Shown here: positions 23,301-35,633 of the stretch, piece after piece
Numbering within the stretch: the first letter of the stretch is position 1
How the letters are laid out: the number at the start of each line of letters is the position of its first letter
From: Eledone cirrhosa
Lineage: Eukaryota
Length of the DNA stretch: 64,000 bases
Direction of reading: 5' to 3'
Assembly (NCBI GenBank): GCA_964016885.1
Contig: OZ024743.1
Span: 303,800,001-303,864,000, forward strand
The notes under the pieces: model-generated
What the model was told of the DNA's origin: nothing
Databases searched by the model: none
Seen by the model: only the letters and a program-made list of their open reading frames with translations
Translations under genes and position numbers: made by a program

Positions 23301-24900
23301 CCCTGATGCCCTTGACCATTATGCTGCGAAAAGTGAGAGCAGGATACAAGTTGGGATGGGGAGAGCTTACCATCAATCACCTCCTCTTCATGGACGATCT
23401 TAAGCTCTTCGGGAAAAGTGAGAAGGAGTTGGATGTGCTTGTTGACACTGTCCGTATTTTCAGCAGTGATATATGTATGCAGTTTGGTATTGGTAAATGT
23501 GGAGTCATTGTGATGAAGAGGGGTAGGTTGAGCAGAAGTAACGGGATCCAGATACCAACAGGTGAGATGATAAAGGAAATTGACTCTGAGGAAGGATACA
23601 AGTATTTGGGCGTTCTGGAGGCTGATGGCATAAAGAACAAAAAAATGAAGGAATTGTTAAGAACTGAATACATTCGGAGAGTAAGGAGCGTATTGAAGTC
23701 ACATCTGAACAGCAGAAATGCCATAAGCGCAGTAAATTCCCGAGCTGTGTCTATTATTACGTACAGTGCGGGAATTCTGAGATGGAATGTTGCTGAACAG
23801 AAAGAAATGGATAGGAAGACTAGGAAGCTATTGACTACCTACAACATGTTCCACAAGAGGAGTGATGTCGATAGACTCTACCTAAGGAGATCTGAGGGTG
23901 GAAGAGGTCTTATCAGCATAGAGGACTGTGTTCAGATGGAGAAAAACAACCTATACAAATACGTGACCTATAGTAAGGAGCCAATGCTCAGAACTGTACT
24001 GAAGGAGGGGACAGTAGGCCAGGGGATGTCCAATGAGGAAATAACATCAAGGAGGAAGAGCAGCCTTAAGGGAAAATCCCTTCATAGTACCTTCTTTGAG
24101 AAAACTGAATTAAGAGATCCACAGACATGAAATTGGTAGAGAAGAGGAGACCTCAAAAAGGCTACAGAAGGAATGCTAATGGCTGCGCAGGAGCAGGCCC
24201 TCAAAACGAAGTTGTTGAAGCACCATATTTACAAGGAGGAGGCTAGCCCACTGTGCAGGATCTGTGGAGAGAGAGAGGAGACTGTGGCTCACATTGTGTC
24301 CGAGTGTAAACACCTAGCCCAGACCCACTATAAGGGCTGGAGACATGATGTGATGGGCAGGGTGATCCACTGGCACCTGTGCAAAGTAAACAATTTACCA
24401 CATTCTGAGAAATGGTATGAGCATAGGCCAGAGGCGGTGATGGAGAACAATCAGGTGAAGGTGCTGTGGGATTTTAGGATACAGACGGACAAAAAACTGG
24501 AACACAATAGACCTGACCTGGTGGTTGTGGACAAAGAAAAAAGATCGTGTCTGATTGTGGATGTGGCCTGCCCGTTCGACACGAGAGTGCAAGAGAAGGC
24601 GAGGGAGAAAATTAACTGATACCAGGACCTAAAGTGGTAGGTGAAAAGGATTTGGTACTGCCATGAAGTCAAAGTGATCCCGATTGTCATAGGCGCACTG
24701 GGGACTATCTCCAAAAGTTTCCAGGGATGTTTAAAGAAAATCGGCCCCTTCACGCTTTTTGGAACGCTTCAAAAGGCATGCTTGCTTGGAACAGCAAGAA
24801 CCCTCCGATACGTCCTGAATATCTGAGGCTGCAGGTAGTGGCTTGATATTCAATCCAACGGACTTTCCAGTTAACCAACATCAATGACTGAGATTCAAGG
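20356..24900 (+). mobile_element. DongC copy 3 (full length)
   Basis: Begins GGGAAGAAGACGCACG directly after (AAT)n. Has a ~1 kb 5' UTR, a single ORF, and a 3' UTR ending in (AAT)n. Confidence 0.94.
21401..24826 (+). pseudogene. DongC RT-restriction-like endonuclease polyprotein (~1141 codons, six in-frame stops, no frameshift)
   Basis: Track ORFs at 21434, 22910, 23231, 24173 and 24641 are all in one frame. The ATA at 21401 aligns with the ATG of copy 7 (48754). All RT and RLE motifs are present. Confidence 0.9.
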
Positions 24901-24906
24901 AATAAC

Positions 24907-24939
<33 letters not shown>
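24901..24939. repeat. (AAT)n spacer
   Basis: Read directly. Confidence 0.97.
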
Positions 24940-24940
<1 letters not shown>

Positions 24941-25487
24941 TGGGCAGGCTGATCCACTGGCACCTGTGCAAAGTAAACAATCTACCATATTCTGAGAAAT
25001 GGTATGAGCATAGGCCAGAGGCGGTGATGGAGAACAGTCAGGTGAAGGTGCTGTGGGATTTTAGGATACAGACGGACAAAAAACTGGAACACAATAGACC
25101 TGACCTGGTGGTTGTGGACAAAGAAAAAAGATCGTGCCTGATTGTGGATGTGGCCTGCCCGTTCGACACGAGAGTGCAAGAGAAGGAGAGGGAGAAAATT
25201 AACCGATACCAGGACCTAAAGTGGGAGGTGAAAAGGATCTGGAACTGCCATGATTTCAAAGTGATCCCGATTGTCATAGGCGCACTGGGGACTATCTCCA
25301 AAGGTTTCCAGGGATGGTTAAAGAAAATCGGCCCCTTCACGCTTTTTGGAACGCTTCAAAAGGCATGCTTGCTTGGAACAGCAAGAACCCTCCGATACGT
25401 CCTGAATATCTGAGGCTGCAGGTAGTGGCTTGATATTCAATCCAACGGACTTTCCAGTTAACCAACATCAATGACTGAGATTCAAGG
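24940..25487 (+). mobile_element. DongC copy 4 (endonuclease domain and 3' UTR only)
   Basis: 157-aa RLE fragment nearly identical to the other DongC copies. Confidence 0.94.
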
Positions 25488-25499
25488 AATAACAATAAC

Positions 25500-25546
<47 letters not shown>

Positions 25547-25592
25547 GAAGAAGAAGAAGAAGCAGAAGAAGAAGAAGAAGAAGAAGAAGAAG
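25488..25592. repeat. (AAT)n-(AAG)n microsatellite; right edge of array 1
   Basis: Read directly. Confidence 0.97.
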
Positions 25593-26489
25593 ATTATTGG
25601 ATGGATTATTAGGGTAGATTCCTTAGATAGGCCTTCCAGAGGATTGTATCAAAGTGAACAATATTACATTTTTCGGGATAAATCCGCAAACAAGCCCCGT
25701 CGAACAGATGGGTACAATCCCACCATATTTAACTCAAAGTCTTCTACCGCTTGAATTAAAGTCTTCTACCGTTATATTTTCAACGTGTTAAATTTCTCAG
25801 GCCGGAGAATGAGCGGCTCTATCTGGTGCGATTATCTCCTCGCCGGGCTACGTTACGCCAGACACACTTCAGAAGAGTGGTATTTCACCCTTTTGTATTC
25901 ACGGCCGTATTCTCTCTGTCATTATGATAAATAAATGTAGACACAAACACCGAATTGAAGGTAGTATCTTTTACTTTTCTACACCATTTCTTCTGGCACT
26001 CATACCTGAAGCTGACGCATTGTTGCACGAACTCCAGCATTCTTGCATTTAATTCAGCCTTCCTAATTCCATTTACAATTGAAAACCTTCCTGAAATACT
26101 TTTAAGTGTTTTTGGATGTGGGAGTGTGTAACTTAGGTCGAATGTTCTATCGCACGCTTCGCCGTTTAGGCTAATTTTAATGCAGAGATGATTATAATCA
26201 TCTTGTAACATATCTTTTATTCCCCGGTTCTAAGTGTCATTTACTGGGTTGTTATATTCCATTATTATAAAGAAAAACACTATTATTTAATCAGAAGTTT
26301 GGGTCAGGAGATTGATATTTCGAAATTTTCATATTTTTCAAGAAAAAACACATATTTTTTTTAATTTATCAGTTCATATAATTAAATCAACAGAGTATAT
26401 ATTTATTTTATTACACAAGCTTATCAAAAACAAACAAGTAAAAACAAATAACACTTATAAAACAACTTATACACGTCAGAAATGACAGG

Positions 26490-27650
26490 ATTTCCTGGAT
26501 TTGCGGTTGTAGTCCTGGTCGCATTCCCGCACTAGGCCCCAGATATAGTCCCCCATCATTTTTTCATTCTAGTGGCCCTGGTACCTCCGCTCTATCTCTT
26601 TCACATCTTGGTGGAATCGTTCGCCTTGTTTTTCTGCTAGGCGCCCATATTGTCCTTGAATTTTTCCAGGTGAGCGTCCAACATATGGAGTTTAAGCGAC
26701 ATCCTGCATCCCATGGCGCCAAAAGCCTTTATCAGATCCTGTACCAGTTGCTGGTAGTTTTCAGCTCAGTAGTTTCCCAGCAAGCCCTTAACAACTGCCT
26801 TGAAACAGTTCCATGCTGTTTTCTCAATTCTATTGAGCTTATTGGAGAACCCGCTACACTGAAGCACCTCTTTATCTGAGGTCCAACAAAAATTCCACCT
26901 TTAATTTTGACCTCAGATAACTTGGGGAAGAACTCAAGACGGTACTTAAAAGCGGCTGATTCTTGGCTGAGAGACTTCACAAACTGCTTCATCAAACCCC
27001 AACTTAATGTGCAGTGGCACAATCCTGGGATCAACCAGTGGCTCCCACATAACGTTCCGGCTCCCAACTACAAATTCTATTCGCTGCTCCCAGTTCTTTC
27101 GTTTGTAGTGGTCACAGGTGGCTCTGCTGTCACAAAGGCAGATGAAGCATTGGAATTTGATAAAGCCTCCTTGGAGTGCAAGCAGGAAAGCCACCATCTT
27201 GTAGTCTCCAATGATTTTCCAATTGTACTGGTTGTATTGCAGAGCTTCCAAGATGACTTTCACACTGTAGTAATCTTCCTTCAGGCAGACCGAATGAGCT
27301 AGGGGCAGTGTCGGGAATTTGTTTCCATTGTGGAGGAGAACAGCCTTCAAACTTGTGGTGGAGCTGTCTATAAATAGTCGCCACTCCTTGGGCACAAACG
27401 GCACCCCAATAACGTCAAACAGTCCAGGCACGTCATGGCAGAAGCAGAGGCCATCCCTAAGAGTGTAAACGCCTGAGAGGTTCATGTCGACTTCTCTGAC
27501 TTGTTACCTGCACTTCTCCTTGACCCAGTTCCAGTGCTTCATCATGGAGATGAATAGCTCTGCATTGGACTTGGTCAGACCCATATCCCTGACCAAGTCA
27601 TGACTTCTTTTTGGTTTTGAAAGTGAGGAACTTTTTCTGGTACCCCAGTA
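26490..27650 (-). pseudogene. Decayed DNA transposase, probably CMC/Chapaev3-like
   Basis: Frameshifted motifs DLVRDMGLTKSNAEL, EWRLFIDSS..SLKAVLLHNGN, IGDYKMV, PLHIKLGLMKQFVK, KIKGGIFVGPQI, LKLHMLDAHL, QGERFHQD and MMGDYIW. Superfamily assignment is from recall. Possible CAC...GTG ends at 26278 and 27926 are weak. Confidence 0.65.
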
Positions 27651-28750
27651 TCAATAAGTCTCTTTAATCCACTTTTTAACAATGTTATACTTTATTGCGC
27701 TTTTATATTTTTCTTTCGGTATTACTCTTTATTTTATAATTTTAATTTAACCTGAAACATATATTAAAAAAATCATTTAACATAAGAAAATTAAACTTAC
27801 ATACAACGTAATATCCAGCATACAAATAATTCTACTGAATAGCTTATAATGTTTACAAACCCAAAATGTTAACTGTTTAATAGAATTTTTTTAATTATTT
27901 GGGACCTAAGCAACACAGAAAAAGTGATTACAACAGAGAATTTACAACATATGTCTAATCACCCCATGTGCATATTTCTATTTTATTTGTTCGCATCTCG
28001 ATCATATAAGCGAGTGTCAACTACTATTTCGATATATACGATTTGCGCCACTTGCAGAAATAATGGATCTAATAGGAATAATTACTATATACTATTTCAA
28101 TACCTACTATATATCAGCTCTAAGATGTAAATTATTCTGTAGCAAGTAACATAGTTATTCCAAAGATATATTAGATGAAAATCGATTGGGAATTTTATCG
28201 GGTTACCTTCAATAAGTTGAATTTACCTTCCATGATATTTGGATGTTCAAATATGCCTGTATTAACTATAAACGTGCATGTAGCATATTTGACATGACAA
28301 CAATAAATAACTAGAGAACGTTTATGATATCCCGAGAATAAATTCCCATATTTGCCTCCAGGCGTCAATAGGAAAACTACTCCAGGGATTTATATTTCTG
28401 GAACATGTTATTATAAATATATCGTCTATAAGGCTGTTTGATGTCATGTGCTAGTTGGCTCGAATAGGAAACAGAAAATACAGTATGATGTTGTGATTAT
28501 GGTACCGAATAATAAAATAGCACAAGGGAATGCATGTATTACAATAATATACAAACATATAATAATATAAAATTATCAACATAATCATTTTACTGCAAAC
28601 TTTCTGAGTTTAATATATGACGTTTAGTGTTTCAAATCTATGTTCTTATGCTTTAGGAGTCCATTTGAAGTAATTCCATTGCTACTTGAAAATGACATCC
28701 TATCAATCTTACATTGAATCGATGTCGCAAAAATAAGACTACAATTTTAT

Positions 28751-28801
28751 CTTTTCGAACACACTCGACATTTTTCTTTTCGAACACACTCGACATTTTT
28801 C
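28751..28801. repeat. Perfect ~25-bp tandem duplication (TTTTCGAACACACTCGACATTTTTC)x2
   Basis: Read directly. Confidence 0.85.
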
Positions 28802-30371
28802 ATAATTTCTCCCGAAGCTATAGAGGAAATCATAAAGCTACAAGCATTAGAATATATCAAGAGGTCAATAAGAGAGATTATTGATTATTGATGTCGCATC
28901 TAAGCAACGGTTTTTCTATTACAATTATTTTATCTTCCTTTTTTTTTAGCCAAAGCAGAACTGAATATGAAAGCATATATAACTGAAAAAGTTGATTGCT
29001 CTTTGACAGATTGATAACGTTCAGAATGAGATAGTTTCCTGTGTTTACCACATACTATTGTTCGCTAAATCCGTGACGAAAGATCAATATGTCGAATATT
29101 TTAGTTGAGGAGCTGCGGAGAGAAGGATGAGGTAGGAGAATGTCTCACATTGAGGTGAGATTCTCTACTTGTTTACTTCTTTAATTTTCTTGATAAAACG
29201 TATGAAATTTACATCTTCCAAATATTGATGATGGATGTGATAAAAATGGTTCTGTTAGTATTTCTCCTAAATCCAAATATTAAATAACTTTTAAAACATG
29301 AACGTTTGTGATATTTTCTAAACAACAAGAGTGCTTTTCTGTAGCTATTTAGAACTTGGCACAACACAATCTATACAAATCCACGTAATAAATGTCGGTT
29401 ATTTGCAGTTTTTACACAATATTGTTTTTTCAATAATATTTTGATAATATTCTTAGAATGGGCGATATAAACATTAATAGAATATTAAGCCCATTCTAGG
29501 TGTCCCACATAATTCAGTTGGCACCTTTTTATAATTATCTCCGATAAGAAATTTTCTTCAATATTTCTGGATGTTTAATAATTAAATACGGAAATGGAAA
29601 TGAGTTTATTTGTCAATGACTGTACTAGACAATATAAATGCAACCTTTATTAACTGCATTTTATTTGTCGTGAGAATTTCAATACTATCATCTCGCATAT
29701 GCGAAAGGATTTGAAAACGTTGCTAACGAAGTATTTCGAACAACTGATATGGATGTTCCTTATCCTTCTTAGCGGTTGTCTGCATGCAATTACAATTAGA
29801 AGTATATATTTACCATATACTAGCGTGAATGGAATTTCCGCATACATCTACTCTACAATTGTACTTTAAGAAAAATTGTTACATGATCTTCATTTGGTGC
29901 GAACATAGGTTTCCAAAATACAAGAGTGCTCAGTGTGAATTTCATATGAATTTTCAAGATAACAACATATTCGTGGTGGACATTTTCAAACATGCACACC
30001 ATTACAAGAAATTGGATTTTAAATTAACATACTGTGTTATGTTATGATGAATTCATGTTGCAACTATTCAGACAAAATACGAAAAATCATACAGCATTGA
30101 GTCGATTAACTTATATAAATATGAATGAGACTTCTGCGGCTGTACATACTCGTAAACGAAATATCTTCCCACATTTCTTTGCAGATTTCTAATCATTCCA
30201 TTGGAATTTCTTGCTGCGCAATGATTTTCATGTTAGACTCTCGATTAATTTAGGCAGGTCGAACACCTTTATGATATTATTCAAAAAAAATTCAGGTTAC
30301 TCTGTATAAACCATATCTATAATCCATTTGATTTTAAAGTAATTACTTCTAGTTTATTAAATTATTAAACC

Positions 30372-30471
<100 letters not shown>

Positions 30472-30681
30472 GTTGCTCGCCCATTCTTCGGTTTGTTGTT
30501 TAATCGCTGTTTTCCCTTTTCTTCCTTTTTTTTCCTTTTCCCTTCTAAATCCCTTCGCTCTCTCCTCCGTTTTCCCAATAACTTACCTAGTTATTGAACG
30601 TTCTGAGGGTAGATAATTTGCTTTCAAGCGTTGAAATATCCCAAACCCCCAATAGACAACTGACGAGCAACACCATCCCCG

Positions 30682-30717
30682 TTCTTCTTATTATTATTCT
30701 TCTTATTATTATTATTA
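30682..30717. repeat. (TTC)/(TTA) microsatellite; left edge of array 2 and tail of DongB copy 3
   Basis: Read directly. Confidence 0.93.
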
Positions 30718-33700
30718 CATTTGCATTTATCTTGCTTCATGTTCATATGAGGTATCACCAAGTCTCAACCAGTGACCTCAAGAGACAACAAGATCCGCCA
30801 TGTTCAAGAGAGAACATACATACACGCACATGCATCTTTAGTGTTTAGACTTGTGATATACATATATCGACAGAATCTTCCTTAGTAAATGGGCAGTTCC
30901 CATTAGTACTATCTTTTGTATTTCTTCTATACGCGGGTTTCCTGGAATTTGCGATACGTAATCATTAGACCTCTTAGATATCATTCCTAGAGAACCTACA
31001 ACCAATTTCCACATTTTTCCAATTTCTATCTCCATGTCCTTATACTTACTCAAGTTTTCAAATGTTTTTATGGATACATTCTTGTCTATTGGAACGGACA
31101 TATCAATCAGCCGGCATACCCTCTGTTTAAAGTCCTTCAGTATTATATCAGGTCTATTTGCATTTATGTTTCGGTCTGTTTGGATGCTAAAGTTCCACAA
31201 GATTGAGATGTGATCTTTTTCATGTACGTGAGGTGGTTGATGCTCCTACTAATTCTTTTGATGGGGCAGGTGAAAATGCTTACATATTATCCAATGTATG
31301 TTTTGTGCAGCTCTGTCGTGCCTGTTTAGGTACTGGGTTGGAACTATAGGACTGCACATTGAAATTATATGATCAATGGTCTCTGGTTGTTTTTTACATA
31401 CACGGCATGATGGGTTGCATCCATTTTTTATTAGGTAGGGTTGGTAATTTTTTGTTGGCAGACACTGATCTTGTGCTGATATAATCAGTCCTTAATTCCC
31501 CGATTTCAGTCCAGAGGATGCCAACCACTTATAGGTTAAAGTTTTGTCAACATCAGAATTGTTAGCTCTTTCTGGGTATTTTCCATACAGAAGCTTTTCT
31601 TGCCATTCTTTAGCCAGTTTCTGTAGCAGTTCTTTCTTTGCAGTTACTTTTACCTGCTTTGCTTTTTCTGTGTTTTTCATTTCCGCAGTAAATAGAACTT
31701 CTGAAATGTGTAATTCATTACTGTATCTTTGTGCATCTTTTGTAATTGAGTATGATCTTTTGATGCTTTCGTGTTTCAAAACGAGTTTGATCGTCCAATC
31801 ATATCATTCCCTTAGATATGTAGATAATCCAATTGTTGCAGTTTTCAACGCAATATCTAACTGGATTAACCCACGCCCTCCTTCTTTCCTAGGGAGATAT
31901 ATTCTATCTGCCTTAGGGTGATGCATTCTGTGCATGGTTAAGAATTTTCTAATTTTTGTATCGAGTCTACGGATCTCTGTGCTTGACCAGTTGATGACAT
32001 TGTAACTGTGGGTTACTACTGGTATGGCAAGCGTGTTTATGGCATCGATCCTTTACATTCAATTCCGTTTTTAAGATTGCTCTTACTCTGCGGTAACATT
32101 ACTTCCTTATCTTTCCCTCATTGTCGAGTGCTTGATTCCGTCTCCTTCACAAACACCTAGATATTTGTAAGTTTCCTCTTGATCAAGTTCTCTTATCACA
32201 TTCACCCGATCAAGATTAATGTCTGAACTTTTCAGCAGCTTTCCTCTGGTGAACGTGGCTTTGGCGCATTTATCTAGTCCAAACTACATTTAAATATCAT
32301 CACTGAACTGTTCACAGTGGATAATAAGCCCTGCAATAGCTCATCATATTTGGCAAATAGTTTCAGGTCATCCATGTAGAACAAGTGATTAATGGTTTTG
32401 TCATATACTTTATATCCATGTTTTGTTTTATTGAGCATTTTACTTAATGGTATAAGTGCGATGCAGAATAAAAGCGGTGATAAAGAGTCACCCTGAAAAA
32501 TTCCACAATTAATATTAACTTCTCCAGCTTTAACCTCTCCAGCTTCCAGTGATTTCTTTTCACCATTCAAAAGGAGTGTCGTTTTCCATGTCTTCATACT
32601 GAAAGACAGGAACCTGCTGACAACGGGAGATATTTTGAAAATCTCAAATATTTTTCAATCCAACTGTGTGGCTAACTATCGAATGCTTTTTTGTAATTTA
32701 TCCAAGCAATTGATAGATTTTTCTGTCTATTATGACAATCTTCCAGTATCATTTTCTTAACCATAAGCTGATCTTTATGAGCCTCGTTTACACCCTTTCT
32801 GCTCATTGGGAAATAGATCATTTGTTATCAGGTGATCTTATGTTTATTCAGTTAGGATTGATGTTAAAATGTTACACATTGTGGTCAAGCTTGTTATCGG
32901 TCTGTAAATTTTGGGATTGTTTGTCTCATCATTCTTCGGAAGTAGGAATGTAATGCCATGATGGTATCTTTTCTGGCTCCATAACCATTTCATTTTAAAG
33001 TTGAGACTTTGTCAAGGCATTTATCCAAACATTTGGTATTTTGTCTTTTCCTGGGGATTTCCATTTTCTGGTTTTTCAAAGAGCTAAACGCAAATGTTCA
33101 ACTGTTATATTTTCCCATATTTGTTCCTCAAGGTGAGCTGTATCTTTTATTTGTCTGTCTATACATGGGACATGTATATTATGTACTTTTTCTTCGTCCC
33201 AGATCTTTTCCCAGAATTCTTGCACTTCCTCCTTGGGTGGTATTGATTAAGCAGTTATTGTTGACTTGCCAATTCTTCTGTAGAAGTTTCTGGGGTTGTT
33301 TTGAACATATTATTGCCTTATAGAATCTAAATCGTTTTCAAAGCGCCTTATACGAGAAACTCTGGCCGACACTTTTACCTGATTGTTTCTATCAGCATGT
33401 CTATGTCACCTATTGATTTCATACTGTATTTTCTTTTCAATTTTCTAAGTTTAGTTTGTTTAAGATGTTCACCTACTTGGTAGTTTGTTAACATTTCTGT
33501 CAGATCGGAGAAGGTTTATTTGGCGATTGATGTTCGCTTGCCAAGTAGATTTCTTGTGGGAATTCCTTTGTTTTTTCATTTTTACTCCACATAGGTGAGT
33601 GGTGACTTTAGCCGATGCAAAATAGAGATGATTTAGATCAGTAATGTTTAGTTTATTTATGATGATAATGTTTTTTGAGAATTCTGTTATTATCCTTTGA

Positions 33701-35384
33701 TTCTGTTTGGAGTTCTGGATCTTAGGGTGAGTTTAGCGTTCCCCCATGTCAGATTCTTTCATTTTCATCGATTCGATCATAATTTCATTCTTCAAGTTGG
33801 CGAGTTCATTCTCATTCATTTCTTTATCATTTGCAATCTCATTGTTTTCATTTTTTTTTCATTTTGAGTACCATCTTCAGCATGCACACCTTCCACTTTT
33901 TCGATCCTTTCTTTAATTTGTTCTGTTGTCAGTGATTCCGCCCCAACTCTGTGTTTCGAAGTGTTACAATTTATCTCATTTTCACTGACACATGTTTCAT
34001 TTTCCCTTCGCTGACTTTGTGCTAATAGCTTGATCTGATCAATTTCTATATCAGTTATGAACATTTTCTTAACAATATTTCTTCGTATATTGGCTAGTTT
34101 GTTACTGACATTATAGCCTCTGTTTTCGGGATGTTTCTTTTTCCAGTTGATATTTGTCTGTTCTGTATTCAATCTATAGCAGTGTAGAAAGCCTCAATGA
34201 CTTCTTTATTGTCTTCTCTTTTTCTTTGGATTTTTTGGTGGTGAGCATGCAGGGTCAACAGTAGGAGTATTGCCGTTATGGGTGCTCTGCAGCTCCTAAT
34301 TGAGGGGAAGGTTTGAACCATTAGCTGATTTGTCGACCCCAGTCTCGTTCCTCTCTGAGAGACGCGGCCCTTTTTGACCAAGACTAGAGGGGTCGTCCTC
34401 CCTAGAGACACGGCTATTCCCCGCCGGCCACCATCCCGGTATTTCTTGGGCCGGGTTTTTTTTTGTTTGTTTTTTAAATTGTCATTATCATGAGTGCATC
34501 CTTAAAGTGAACATGCGTTGTTAAGAATGAAATTATTATAAATAATATAATATACTTTTGTTGAAGTTGCCTGTTGTTGTTGGCTATGTCGGTGGTGGTG
34601 CTGTTGCTTTTTCTATTGTTGGTAGGGAAAGGTTGGGGGGTGTAGCAGTGCCATAGTCGTTAGCGTTTGACTGGGTCACTAAATCAGTCTATTTATATCT
34701 TTTCTAGCCTCTTACTTGTCTAGAGTTACCGCCACCTTCCCCTTTCTTAAGTTAACAGCAGGTAGTGGGGGCATAGTGGTGGTAGCAATCATGGAATGAT
34801 GCTGGCGGTGATGGGATAGTAGTAGCAATGATGGATGTGGTGGCGGAGGTGACTGTGGTGATGGCGTTGTCGCTACTGAATTCTGTTGAATAGACTGTAG
34901 CTAGCATGCGTTTGTTTGATCTGTATATCTATGTCGTTCGTCTCTTATGTTTAATATATTATGTTGACATATCTCCTTAATTTGAATTAAACATTTTGAC
35001 ATAACTTGAGATACAATAATAATAATTATTATTATTATGTTGGGATTGGTGGTGGTGAAATGGCCGTTATCTGGATGTTGTATTTAGTGTACACGGAGGG
35101 GGTGGTAGGAGGCGTATCTAAGTTTGAGGTGGTGAAATTGTCGTTGCTTGGCTGTTCCATTTATAACCATTTTCTTTTTTGAATATAACATTTCTAATAC
35201 AAAACTGAATATTTGAGCCATATGCCAGGGTGTTATGGGTCTCGTTTCCTGATAGTAAGAGTGGTTCCTTATGTCCCATTTGTACTAAGAATTGTTATAT
35301 CACAATTGTTTTAAATATATTAAAAATCAAAAACTTACGGGGGCCATGCCATAGCACTCTATCCACCACGTGCGTCTCCTTCCC
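30718..35384 (-). mobile_element. DongB copy 3 (full length, heavily decayed)
   Basis: Reverse-complement homology to 10265-14702 throughout (RPDIILKD, HLFYMDDLKL, KLANIRRNIV). The 5' end reads GGGAAGGAGACGCACG next to (AAT)n. Many stops and frameshifts. Confidence 0.92.
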
Positions 35385-35407
35385 TTATTATTATTATTAT
35401 TATTATT
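35385..35407. repeat. (TTA)n spacer between two full-length 5' ends
   Basis: Read directly. Confidence 0.96.
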
Positions 35408-35633
35408 GGCCGCACATGTGTGAAGACAGACAAGTCTGCGGGGGAAACGGTTCGTAGCTTTAAGCTGTTTTAAAGTGTCTTTTTTTTGTATTTTCTTGTC
35501 ATTAATGAAACTTAAGGTACACATCTTGATTTAAAGAGAGGGATACCTCTCAATATTCGGGCTTTAAGCCCGAATATTCAAATTTATTTTTAAAATCTTC
35601 GAAAAAAAATCGCTTCCCCACCAAAAGAAAATT

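Noticed and set aside
25885-26211. 108-aa ORF containing TLPHPKTLK, faintly like the P-element/THAP9 transposase N-terminus
   Set aside because: Only one short motif, with no catalytic region or terminal repeats. Not supportable without a profile search.
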